The translations under genes and the position numbers were made by a program. A stretch of 64,000 bases of DNA. Source: Phoronis australis (taxonomy: Eukaryota > Animalia > Phoronida). The stretch covers positions 871,838 to 935,837 of the forward strand of contig NMRA01000118.1 in assembly GCA_002633005.1 (NCBI GenBank). The letters run 5' to 3'. Below the pieces are notes generated by a model. The model was given only the letters and a program-made list of their open reading frames with translations. It was not told where the DNA came from and did not search any database. Positions 38,415 through 50,600 of the stretch are shown here, one piece after another (the first letter of the stretch is position 1; each line of letters begins with the position of its first letter).

Positions 38415-39544
38415 TGTCACGGTAAAATACTGTACAACTTCTCTGACAAAAACCTTGAAGTGATTCGAGTTACAGTTGTAGTTAGAATGCACGTGCAGCG
38501 GAAGATTCACTCGTTTCCATTCTAGACAGAAGAATTACAACGCCTTTAAATCGTCAGCAGCTCACTTGACTGTTGCACATAGAAGAGACATGTTTACACA
38601 TTTAGTCACGCATATAAAAGTGTCGTGAAAACGGGCCGGACCCTTGCATATTTCAGAACACGAAGGGTGGCTGTTCAACTGACGAAACTAATACAGGTAT
38701 GTGACGGTGAGCGGACCATCCTTTGTACGCATCCAGTAATTGTATGTTTATTTGAGAAGATTGTTATTCAGATTGCCAAATACGATATTTGATCTGTAGA
38801 TAGTAAATGTGTCAACTAAAGTTGACGGAACCGACCGGAGGATAGTTTGCGGGTATTTGTCGGGCAAGTGGCACCAAGACTAGACAGGTGAGCCTAATGG
38901 AGACTGATCCACGGGGCTGCTTAAGGAGTGATATTTTGTTAGGAAAGTTGCTTCTCACAAACCCTTGGGTGGAAATAAGTGTTTCGTCACTTGTTTTCGT
39001 GACGCAAGAGGGTGTAAGCAAAGTGCAATGAGGGTAAAGGCTGGTACTGCATGAGTTCAGACTTGATGCACGTTGGCCTACGCTGCCGTGACAAACACAT
39101 AAAATGTTACTTTTTTACTTGTCTTTAAAATGTACAGAAGTTGTTTCAAAGAAATATATGATCCTGTTGATTTAAAGAACAATTCTCTTTCAATTCTGTT
39201 GGTTTGAATGGCGGTGACAGTCGAGTGATTACTGGCAATCCTGTTACCGAACACGTGCGTGTGTAGGCCTAGTGTAACGACTATACCGTAGTGATACAAG
39301 ATCAGTCAAAACATGCAACTTAAATGTTTTGCACTGAAGTTTCAGTTTCAGATTGAACGACACATGGAAAACAAACACTATTCAGGACTGTGCACACTCC
39401 TAACAGTGCCGCGGGCCCCCTGGTTGGGTAATCGCTATTGCACCGATAGTCGACTTTTATTCAGGTAAACCGTTTTCCTAATAGTTTGACAACAAAGAGT
39501 CTGTTGTTCGAGATGTTTGCCCTCTTGACTGTAACTCGCCAAGC

Positions 39545-39715
39545 TATTTGCCTGCCTGTCTGCAGAGTCTCAGTGTCAGTCTGTATGTCCGTGTTTCTGT
39601 CTGTCTGTACTGCCTCTCTGCGAACAGGTCGACCGTTCTCTCTCTCTGTTTTTGCTCTGTCATTCCGATATATCTGTCTTATCAATCTAGTTACATCCAT
39701 CTATCTATATATCCA
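39545..39715. repeat. Degenerate (CTGT)n/(CTAT)n low-complexity tract
   Basis: ctgtctgtctgt and atctatctatat runs. Confidence 0.6.
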
Positions 39716-40088
39716 AACACAACTTCATGATCCATCCACATGCTCTGCAATGGCACTTACGTAGCAGGGGCAGGAACATTCTTTGACGACATGTTTTAAA
39801 GCAGACGGTTTCACGCACACATTTAGTACGTAACGACTGCCGTTTCTACAGCAATTCTCAGTTACGTCACAGTTAATGACGTTAATACTCAAAACGATTG
39901 TTATAATTTAATGCAAACGACTCAAGTTAAATATCATGATGATCGTGATTACGAAGGTGATGGCTTTGATGACAGGTGTTAATGGTCTTTCAAGGGGACA
40001 GATAAACAATAGACAACGTATCTGTTGTAATCTGTGTCATGGCAGCACAAGTAAAAATGGGCTATTCGGAAAATTTACATTAACTAGA

Positions 40089-40360
40089 GGGCGCGCGTGT
40101 ACTAGATATCCCGGGCCTCACAAGCTGACGTCACGGATTGCTCCAACCAATCTCGTGTATCTATGCAGGAGAGTACTAGATTAATAAGCAGCCTCGATTT
40201 CGCGAGCCCTTTAATACATGGTGAAATGGCTTGCAGCCGTGCCAGTTGAATCTGAGACTGCGTGAAAACGGGGTGCTTCTGAGAGGACAGTGAGCACGAT
40301 CTTATACAAAGGCAAGGTTTGTGATTTTTTTCATGCGCGCATCCAGGGGGCGGGGCGAAG
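40089..40360. promoter_or_regulatory. CpG-richer promoter-like patch (CRE, CCAAT, GC boxes) between the divergent DRAM-like and subtilase genes
   Basis: gggcgcgcg at 40088, tgacgtca at 40126, ccaatc at 40147, ggggcggggc near 40347; motif evidence only. Confidence 0.3.
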
Positions 40361-42040
40361 TGAGCAAAAAGATCTGGCCAGAGATACAAAAAGTCCGAGA
40401 AAATGGAACAAAAGTCCATTAAAGAAGTGCAAACGCGCAATTCACATTGGTGCTTTGTTACTCCTTTTTCTTCCCACAGCATTTCCACCCACCAGCAGTG
40501 CTGTATGGCACACTCAAAGTACAAGTGAGTGGCCCTGGAGAAATGTGAATCCTAGTACGAAGTTACCATAAGACAATGGGCCAGTGGATTGTTGTATTTG
40601 AAGAGGAACTATATCTTAGTGCTTTACAAGTCAGCCTCGTCGCTGAGGATGCCCTTCCATAGGCAATGAGTCACGTGTGGACAATAGCTTATTTTCTTTC
40701 TTGGAAAGAAAAAGGGGGAATGAATCTAAAAAAGACCTAGTTACACCCTGGTCTAGTTAAGGGGCAGATTTTGGGCACAAAACCAGTCAAGTAATATGCT
40801 GTTGTGTTTACCTTCAATGATCTAATTGTGGATATTATTGAGGCTGAATAAGGTTACATGAAGGAAAGCCACGTACCGGAGCTGAACCTTTTTTACAATC
40901 GCTTCTATGGGCCACTGAAACTAGATCCCACTGAAATAAATACCAAAAGCATCTGGTAGAAGTATCTGTGACTTGTCCTTTATCACTGATTGACAGTAAC
41001 TTTTCCTTTCAGAAGAAATGCTTTATACTAATGGTAAAAACTGTTTATTTTGGAACACATTATGGGGAAATGACTTTTCGTGACTGCATCGATTGTCTTA
41101 TTGTCAGTAGAAAGCACGTAAATGTTACTCTTTGATGATCGAATATTTTTTTCCTCAACAGACAAGTTTGTCACTAATCACTGAAACCACAATATTTCTT
41201 CAGTTTAAAACCCCATACAGTAAAATTGTGCTTATTCTTTATCATGCTGAAATGATTACCGAATGCGCTTGCGAACTGTCGATTTCCTGTTGACCTATAG
41301 AAATGTGCAGGGATCAAAATGAAGTATTCCCTTAAGTTGTTTGCATTTGATTTGTTTGTGTATGTAATTATTTTTAGAGCTTTCTTAAGAAAACCTTTGA
41401 ACAATTTTAAGTTTAATTTATGTTAACTTGTCTAAAACAAATCTTCCACATGCAAGAAAAGTATGTTTCCAATTGTACCTAACTGGATAAGAATCTGCTA
41501 TGCACAAGATTCGAGAATAAACACTTATCAGTGTATTTAAAAACAAAATGGCAAACTGAACAACCACATGCATACAAAGAAACAACATTTTTAAAAGCAA
41601 CTGTAGTTTTCCCAATGCAACGGAGTTCATAATCAGGCATATCAAGGGCTGACTTTCTGAATTAGGTTCAATTATCTCTGGTTATTGCTGAAGGATTACC
41701 GTTCACTTTGTCCAAAGGTAAAATAGACGCTCAGACGGCGGGTTTCATTCGTTTTCTTTCACCTGTAACAGAACAGTCGTAAAATATTAGCAAATTATAA
41801 AAAACAACACAAAACTACTTTTGTAAGGCAGAAAATACTTGACGTTTCATCTTCATTTTTATATGTAAAAACTAATAATCTTTGTACCCAAGTCTTGTTT
41901 AAAGGCTTACATGTAATATGGTGCCAAATGACTATGTTTATATCTAAAACATGTATTTTGATGTAAAACACCAACCGTTAGACCATATAGACCACGAAAT
42001 TTCATACAGGCCGGCGTATGTGTTCTGTTAGTCACCTCGT

Positions 42041-42738
42041 CGCATGGATGCGTTTAACAAATATAAGTATATACTCTGTTCTCGTCATTGTTCATCACTT
42101 TCTTCATTGCACTCGTTCCAACATCCATTACTGTGACGTTAAACGCAAAATTCGTTAAAATTGAGAAAGCGCATGTTTCGATGTTCGGGAACCATCTTTG
42201 TGCGTCGAATACGCAAGTCCAGCTTTTTATTGGGAAACCACATTGGAAAAAGCGCTTATGGGGGTGCTCTTTGCGCGTTGACAACGCAAACTCGACATTT
42301 TTATAGAGAAAACGCATTTTTACAAAAGAGAATCAGTTGTCTGGAACGTTTCATGTGCTTCAACAACGCAAACCAGACCCACTCATTGGAAAGCCCATAT
42401 TTGTCACCAGGAACACTTTTTTTTCACAACGCAGCCCGATAATTCAAATGAGATAACGCATTTTTGAAAAAATTCCATCACTTGCCGAGAAAAGTTTTTG
42501 AGCATCGGCCTGCACGGCGAATATTTCATATTGAGAAAGCGCATGTTTGAAAAGAAGAACCAACACCCCTCGGAAACGTTTTTTATGTGTCGACAACGTA
42601 CATTTCTTATTGGGAAAGTCAGTTTTTCAAAAATTAATCGCGCAGACCGTTTGAGTCCCACTGACCAGCAATTACATGTATACTGCTATCAAATGACCAA
42701 GCCAGCAATGTTGATACTACGACCGCTTATCGAAATAA
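42041..42738. repeat. ~700-bp direct duplication, copy 1 (copy 2 at 46011-46714)
   Basis: Near-identical; identical ORFs appear twice in the track; differences seen are a 6-bp indel and a substitution. Confidence 0.95.
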
Positions 42739-43002
42739 TGTACACCTACGAAATTCGGACAGCGAAACCCCAATTTGGAGGTCCGCCAAATTCGGACACC
42801 ACAAAAATGATGTTTCGCGAGATTCGTATCAGAATGATTTTTTTCTATTGGAATTCAAATGTCCGAAAATCGCGCGACTTTACCGTATGTGCTGCTAGCC
42901 TACCATCCGGGTCCCGGGTGAGTTTCCGAAAAGAAACACTTAGTTCCACTCAATAAACCCGTTATTCAGTGGAGTAACTGGTGGGGATAACATCACCAAA
43001 CG

Positions 43003-43437
43003 CAGTGGCGGATCTACGGGGGGGGAGTTCAGAGGGTTTAAACCCCCCCTCGGGCCAGGACCCAAAAATTAGAAAAAAACAAAAAAGTCTCCAGCAAAAT
43101 AAACGGCACCGCCCGTGTGTGTAAACCCCAAGTAAACCAACTTGGAAATAAACGAGGGGGGTTCACTCTAAAAATTTTTTTTTGCATTGTGAATTGCTGT
43201 TATGAAAATCAACGCGTTTCGAGTCTTCGTGGCTCGTCGGCAAAGCCCCGGAGATCAATTGTGCGTGCGCTTCCGACGACACTTCTGAAGCAGCCAAGCA
43301 TTTTAGATGGATCCACCGCTGAAAGAGCAGCTCTATAGCTGATTTCTTTAGGTAACTAGTTTCTTTACTCTAAGATATGTTTTGATTTGATTAGGGGAAA
43401 TACTGTGGTGCCGCAATCCTGATATTCAGGCAAATTG
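43003..43437. mobile_element. CAGTGGCGGATC-type MITE plus flank; partial inverted copy at ~56297-56590
   Basis: Ends cagtggcggatcta ... tggatccaccgctg (43321); ~43130-43437 is reverse-complementary, with divergence, to ~56297-56590. Confidence 0.7.
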
Positions 43438-44259
43438 ANATGCCAGCATAGGGCTCAATCCCACTCTCCCACTCACCAACAGTTACAAGTCACTTGCTAA
43501 TCTGTAGAATAGCTCACAACTTACAAAATGAAGTAACATTGAGTATATCATCACTCATAACTAGTCAAAGTTCAAAATATCATGACAAAAAATTAAGGAG
43601 GTACTAAACAGCAATGAAAATATTCACTACCCACAAAACTTCATACAAAATTGAATTAAAAAGACTTGGATGATAAAACTAAAATTTTATTTTATATACC
43701 CACTGTTCCTATTAGTAAATAGTTCAGGTAAGTTAAAGCCAGACCACAAGATCATATCTGATACCTAGCCACAACTGGGGCTTAAATTAATCACAATCTC
43801 CAAAAGCGTACAAAACAGGCAACACATACACCAACCAATACAATAAGAAAAGCTGACCAACCTTGTCACTCTCTATTAATTCACTAGCAAACAACAGCAC
43901 TTTTCGCCAAAGAAATGCGTTATAAATAAAGCTGAAAACTAATTTACTCAAAGAGGTGTTTGTCATCCAGAAGCAAAATGATACAGATAGCTTGGGTTTA
44001 ACAAAATTTCAGCCCACCACTCAGACTCTGAATGATCCATCAGTTATGCTTAGGCTCTCTCCAAATCACAGGCTAACCATTCATAAAATGTTTCAATCTG
44101 ATCAACCTTAGTAAAATACGAAAACCAGATTTTGGGACTAATTGTCCTTTCTACACGTGATTTTCCAGTACTTGCTTTGTGAGACGATAATCAGAAATGC
44201 AAAACAGCCTATTCCAGAGCTGTAATAAAATTTCTGGAGAACATTTTGACCCTGACATC

Positions 44260-45102
44260 TTCATCATTTTTGGTGGATTCGGGACATCAAATATTGTTCG
44301 GGCACTGAAGTCAATACCAGCTTGTTCTTCATTCATGAACATGGATTCCTTGAAGTGATGAGAGCATAACTTGCGGTTCTTGGACAAATAGGTTGCATCT
44401 CTATTCATAGGTCAGCTCCCAGCGCTTGCACCTGAACAGAAATCAATGACTGAGAGACTCAGGAACAAACCTCATACTCACTAGGTTCACAGAAGACTGG
44501 TAGCCTACACTAAAGTACACTACACTACAGAATTCCTGTCGTACTGTGATTGTGATAGAGACAAAAGCGTTTTGGTGTCAACAGAAAAAAACTCGTACTC
44601 AAATGTTGATCCAAGGATATTTTAACATGGCCGCGCCTCCGCATCATTGACACATAGAATTAAGTGTTCAATGACACACTGCTTAGCTTAATTGGTCCAA
44701 CTGGCACATTAAAATTATGTTCGGATTTTTCACCTTTTCACCGATACCCACAGATTCGCTAACTTGACTCATGACAGACTTAGTGGCCCTGTGGCTGTGA
44801 TTGTGCCATGGCTGTGTCACCAGTCATGTTACTCATGGCCATGGGCATGGGTATGTTTTCCTAAAATTGTCCCTGCGATCGTACGGGTGACATTTTGATT
44901 TGGAATTGATGGACTGCAAGTATCCAAGAAGTGACGATCACATCGTACAGTCATCATAGTCCTTCCGCCGGCATCCCGGTTGTACAGTAGGCCTAGCCTT
45001 GCAACAGAACAGTGGCAACGGGGACTGTGATCGACTTGTCTAACAACCGTGAACAGAACACACAAAATGAAATGATCGGTGGGTAATTGTGCAAATGAAT
45101 GC
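44260..45102 (-). pseudogene. Degraded, spliced THAP-domain (DNA-transposon-type) coding remnant
   Basis: CSVHGC* near 45040-45060; ttcag|RCKRW, frameshift, then YLSKNRKLCSHHFKESMFMN..RTIFDVPNPP (THAP C2CH signature and AVPTIF-like motif); stop and frameshift present. Confidence 0.65.
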
Positions 45103-45780
45103 CATTGCCCCTAACATTGCTAAACCCGTACACCTCCCAAAACGCGGAATTTTCAGTAGCCCATAGGGTCGTGATCTGCCGAGGAGCCTATTTTTTGCGC
45201 AACCACGGTTTTGGCAGGGGGGGTGCACCTAGACGACACCCGTTTATAGCATTAATGGCACAAAATCGACATTGGTGTGCAGCAGGAGGCCGTTAAACTG
45301 GTAACGATCAGAAGAAAAGGTCCTGTTATTTTCCACCCAGATTATCAGAAAGTGTTAACGATTATCAGTTTCATTTCATCCACAAACACATTTCACAAGA
45401 GTTTTCATTGTCAGCAGTTAAACCTATGATTAAAAACGTAAGCGAATCCAGATGTGTTAGGTCACCTTAGTTGCATGAAGACGCGCCAGTGTGAGTTAAC
45501 ATTGGGTGTTTCAAAGGCTGTGGATGAGAAAGGTTTTAATTGTACAAAACGGTTGGGTGAATTTGATGTCGGTAGGATAGGAAACTGCATTCGCTTTCTA
45601 GACTACGCCCTTCTATGTATATGTTAGTTAATCGTGCTCTTCAGCCGCGCAGCTTCTGTAGGTGTCGACGCATTCCCATCGTTTGAAGTAGGCCTAAACA
45701 TGTAGAACGACAGTGGTCCCGAGTCCGATGCGCTTCTTCAACAATTCAGATGATTACCAAAGCGACGAATGGAGTTCACG

Positions 45781-45878
45781 AGTGGATGAGAAACTACTCA
45801 TTTTACTATCAAAAGTGGAAGAGAAACTACTCATTTTCCTATCACAAGTGGATGAGAAACTACTCATTTTACTATCAT
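45781..45878. repeat. 33-bp tandem repeat x3
   Basis: agtggaWgagaaactactcattttMctatca three times. Confidence 0.9.
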
Positions 45879-46010
45879 GATTGTCTTTGCCATCTAATTA
45901 GGATAATTGTTCATTCGACCTTTTCATGTGGAAACTGAGCTTTGAGTTACAGTGTAATATGGAAATAAAGGTGTCAGACTTAACTTGCGTTTCGGTTTTT
46001 AACTGGCACA

Positions 46011-46714
46011 CGCATGGATGCGTTTAACAAATATAAGTATATACATGTACTCTGTTCTCGTCATTGTTCATCACTTTCTTCATTGCACTCGTTCCCACAT
46101 CCATTACTGTGACGTTAAACGCAAAATTCGTTAAAATTGAGAAAGCGCATGTTTCGATGTTCGGGAACCATCTTTGTGCGTCGAATACGCAAGTCCAGCT
46201 TTTTATTGGGAAACCACATTGGAAAAAGCGCTTATGGGGGTGCTCTTTGCGCGTTGACAACGCAAACTCGACATTTTTATAGAGAAAACGCATTTTTACA
46301 AAAGAGAATCAGTTGTCTGGAACGTTTCATGTGCTTCAACAACGCAAACCAGACCCACTCATTGGAAAGCCCATATTTGTCACCAGGAACACTTTTTTTT
46401 CACAACGCAGCCCGATAATTCAAATGAGATAACGCATTTTTGAAAAAATTCCATCACTTGCCGAGAAAAGTTTTTGAGCATCGGCCTGCACGGCGAATAT
46501 TTCATATTGAGAAAGCGCATGTTTGAAAAGAAGAACCAACACCCCTCGGAAACGTTTTTTATGTGTCGACAACGTACATTTCTTATTGGGAAAGTCAGTT
46601 TTTCAAAAATTAATCGCGCAGACCGTTTGAGTCCCACTGACCAGCAATTACATGTATACTGCTATCAAATGACCAAGCCAGCAATGTTGATACTACGACC
46701 GCTTATCGAAATAA
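46011..46714. repeat. ~700-bp direct duplication, copy 2 (ends at the single N at 46715)
   Basis: Same sequence as 42041-42738. Confidence 0.95.
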
Positions 46715-46715
46715 N

Positions 46716-47131
46716 ACGTCGGTGCTCCTTATGTTCTTGAATATTTGGTAATTTGGTAGTTGTCTAAACCCCTGTGCACAAATCACACATTTTCGTATGC
46801 TTAAAAGGTGCGTGTAAGCAGATGTTCCAATAAAAATTTTGCTGGTGGTGTGACTCATACTCAGATGTGCACAAATATGGTTTCACGAAACTTATGAGCC
46901 AAGTTCATGTGACGAAATCGAGAGGGGCTTTTAATGATCTTAAGAAAAACTCCTGTTAAGTGCCAGAAACGTACCAGGTGATGCATGGAAATTTCACTGT
47001 TTGGCTAGAAAAATAAAAAGTTATCTTAAACGGGAGGGGGGTAAACCCCCCGCTCGGCGCCACGCGCCTCGGATTCGACCTTTGCGGGAATCCTAACCCC
47101 CCCCCTTACTGAAAACGTAGATCCGCCACTG
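46716..47131 (-). mobile_element. ~415-bp dispersed repeat with a CAGTGGCGGATC end; inverted copy at 54373-54787
   Basis: Diverged reverse complement of 54373-54787 (cagtggcggatctac.ttttcagta..ataaggaRcaccgacg). Confidence 0.8.
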
Positions 47132-47627
47132 AAACGATGTCGATAGAAACTGACAAGTGACGTTATGTACCGGTAGTCTCTCAATGCCTGGAAATGCATA
47201 GAGCACACACGGAACATTCACATACTTTTTGCCAGTTGGTTGACCCTTTTGACCGCAATTATCCACGCCTTTAAAAACCTTAGGTCTTTTGGGAATTAGT
47301 GACCACCTGTCGAAGTTTTGCAGTAGGGAAAATAGCAATAATAAGGCTTAGCGCGACGACGTATTTTGATAACTTTTGATTCCGTCTTTTTACTAGATGT
47401 TTACAAGCAGACAGCGACGCATACGCAATTCAATCACCACTAGTACAGCAGAGACACCGCAAGGAGAATTCTCCGAATAGCTCCATTAGTCCATATCTAT
47501 GTCCTGGGAATCATTCACCTTTATACTTTGTCACCAAGTAATGGAGATAAAGTCATGCTCATGACTTTCTTAAATAAACAGGTACGTCGCCTAAGTGCAA
47601 CAGTCGAAGAATTGATAGTGAGAAGAC

Positions 47628-47685
47628 ATGTACCGACCGTCGATAGTTGTGCTTGTCGCTGTCACTGCGGCAATTGCAGCCAAAG
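47628..47685 (+). CDS. Subtilase exon 1 (signal peptide)
   Basis: [20 protein letters not shown]|GTGAG donor in phase 1. Confidence 0.85.
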
Positions 47686-50600
47686 GTGAGGATGACACGA
47701 AGAAAAGCGGTGATCATGTTTTCTTGAATCAGTGTTGAGTCGTGTCAAGTTTACTCAGGACATTGCCTGGACGGTGCACCATAGGGGGCTGGGGGTTATA
47801 GCCCCCCTTCCCACTTTTTTCAGTGCTCCGGTGCCCATGGTCTGTGGGCGGTGCACCACAGGGGGGCTACAGCCCCACTTTTTTCAGTGCTGCGCCGCCC
47901 ATGCGTTGACACACATCAGCCGCTGTCTGACATAGTAAGGTGAATCCAATGCGGAGACTAGAATACTTATATTTTTCCAGCGAAGTCCAGGAAGCAGTTG
48001 TGACAACTTGCATGCAATATAAAACACTTTTAGACCTAGTTATATTGCAAAGTGAATTATAATAATATGCTCACTTAATTGCCTTACGCGTAAATTTTTA
48101 AAACTACGGTGTTCATGTTCAGTCAAAGACGTTTTCTGCTCTTGTCTTCCTAGCTGTATACTTTTCCTTGAGGCTTTAGTATATTTTAACATTTTTAAGC
48201 ACCGCTGTTGCATACAGACGGCAAAGACGTTGTGCAGGACGAGTACCTCGTTATCTACAAAAGAAACGCCACCGACTACGAAGGTAAGCGTTGACAGATT
48301 TAGTGTCATCTGTTTAAACACCGCGACTTTTATATGAAGAATGGTCCAAAAAAGGTCTGCATGCGTATGCCCACCATATAGTTCATGTCAGGAGTGCACT
48401 CTGAAACGCTAGATTCTCGCGAAAGTTCGAACGCGTGCTTTTGCTTGTGATGCATGACGATTTCTCGCGTAAACTTGAATGAACTCGCCAAACGGGTAAA
48501 ATATAGCATCACGGAACGTAGCTCAGGACCCGGTCTGTAATCTTTGTACTCGAAACGAACTCGAAACTATTTTTGGCAATTTATCTGCTCCTTTTGTGCG
48601 AACTTAAGAAAATTGGTTATCAGACTGTGCTCGAATACATTATAGTTTATGCATAGGAGTTTCTAGTTCAAGTTTTCCCTTGAAGACCCTTATATTCGTG
48701 CTACAAACTCGAGTAAAAACTCGAAATTTCGAGTCCAAACTCGAACTTATTGCTTTAATATTGGGTTTACAAACTGTGAGCTAAGGGCAATATATTATCT
48801 GCGTACGTTATTGTGTACTCGAGCATAGCATAATAGACACTTATCTTGAGTTCGCCCAAAAGTAGAGTAGAAAATGCCAAACCAAATTTCGAGTTCCATT
48901 TCGAGTAAAAAGATTGGATACTGGGCCCTGATTTCTTTAATTTAATGCTGATTCGGATGTTATTCCACTGAATATTGTGTTGTTCTAAGAACGCAGGAAC
49001 ACTTGACGATGGCCGGAGAATAGACCGACCGAAACGTTGTGAAAATAGAAAAGAGGTCGGTGAAAATAGACCAAGAGATTTTGAATAATAGTTGTATAGC
49101 GCCACCACCTCAAAGCGGTTTTAGAAGTCATTACTTTTTGAATCATCACATTCAGCAAAACAAACGCTGTGATTAAACATGAATAACAACCTTGATAAGA
49201 CTGCGTTATCTCTCAAGCCGTACATCGTTTTCACGACCTTCATTCTTTTTCTGTCATAAGTCGTGAAGATAATACTGAGTAGCTTTGCATCACAAAACGA
49301 TGCTTTAGCTCGTTCCCGTACGCATGTACTCATGCAATCAATTGAGCCATATGAAGGGCCCCGTTGGTAACTACTGTATATTACTCCAAATGTGTAAGAG
49401 TGCTTCTTGGTCAATTAACATATACTAGAATTTATTTTTGGTGTATAAGTGATTACGCTTCGAAATTGAATCAGATTGTGCACACAAATTATATTTTGCA
49501 GGGTTTCTTTTAATAACTAGATCTCAGTAATAGTCTTTTCGAGTTGTGTGACGTCACAAATCTAAGAGACTGATGTGGCTTTAATGTATGGTACAAGAGC
49601 TTTACTCGTATGTTAATTTTGACCACTTTTGTGATACATGTATATTCGAATAAAATGCATCGCTAAATGAGCAATTTCCACAAATGTTCCTGTGGGAGGG
49701 CTTTTTGTTTTTATGAACTAGGGTTATGAACATATCCTGTCATCACCTCCACCAGGTAGCGCTGAAAGTATGAAATAATTTAAAGTGTTTGTCAAATGCA
49801 GCAATTTTAAAATTTTTGCGTATTAGTTTTACATTTTGCACAGTGAAGTCAACATTTTTAGGCCCTGGGGATAATCAAAACAAATTTTAGTCTGCAAGTC
49901 CGACTTCGTTGGTAAAAGTACACGTAACTTTAAATTGATCTCAAGCGTGAACTTCTGCACACCCGTTTCATTATGAAACATGCGCGTACCCAGCCTAAGA
50001 TATAGAGGGGCTCGAACTTTGTGAGAGCGGACCTTTTACTGGAAAAATTTATTGAGGACTAAAAAAACGGGGCCACTAACTGGGTTCAGGCTCTCGAAAT
50101 GTGCGTCCTTGCCGAATTCCTGTGGACTTATGTCTCGTTTGCTCGGACATTTTGTTTCGTTGAGGCATATCTTTTTGCCCAATTCGCTAAATGGGGGCGC
50201 CCATGTGAAAGGAATGAAGATACTCGATTTCGGTGTTTATGTTTCATTCTATAAACACGACTCCCAAGCTTGTGCCATTTAGACTCGTAACGTGTCTGTA
50301 AGTACATTGTAAGTATTTACAGACACGGGCCAGGGACACAAGTAAAACTTCACGGCCTGCCCTACGTTTTGCAAAACAAAGTGTTACCTGTAGTACATGT
50401 ACCAGTAGTACCTGTAGTCAAATATAGCAAACCATTATTCACGTGTACTTTCTACCATGAAATGCTCACTTCACGTTGTATTTATCGACATCCGTGTGTT
50501 TTCGGCCAAAATCCCAGAGCAGGGACCATGAACTCGTAGAGGGCTTCACCGCTCATTTACTGAGACTAATTTGCATAAACATAAGGTCAAGAGGTACTCA

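Noticed and set aside
40481-40525. 45-nt exon-like segment on plus (strong acceptor, GTGAG donor)
   Set aside because: No recognisable peptide and no link to a gene; it could be a UTR exon but the sequence alone does not support it.
42054-42956. Overlapping ORFs repeated at 46.0-46.7 kb as a duplicated gene
   Set aside because: No recognisable domain; ORFs on both strands of a duplicated, apparently non-coding repeat.
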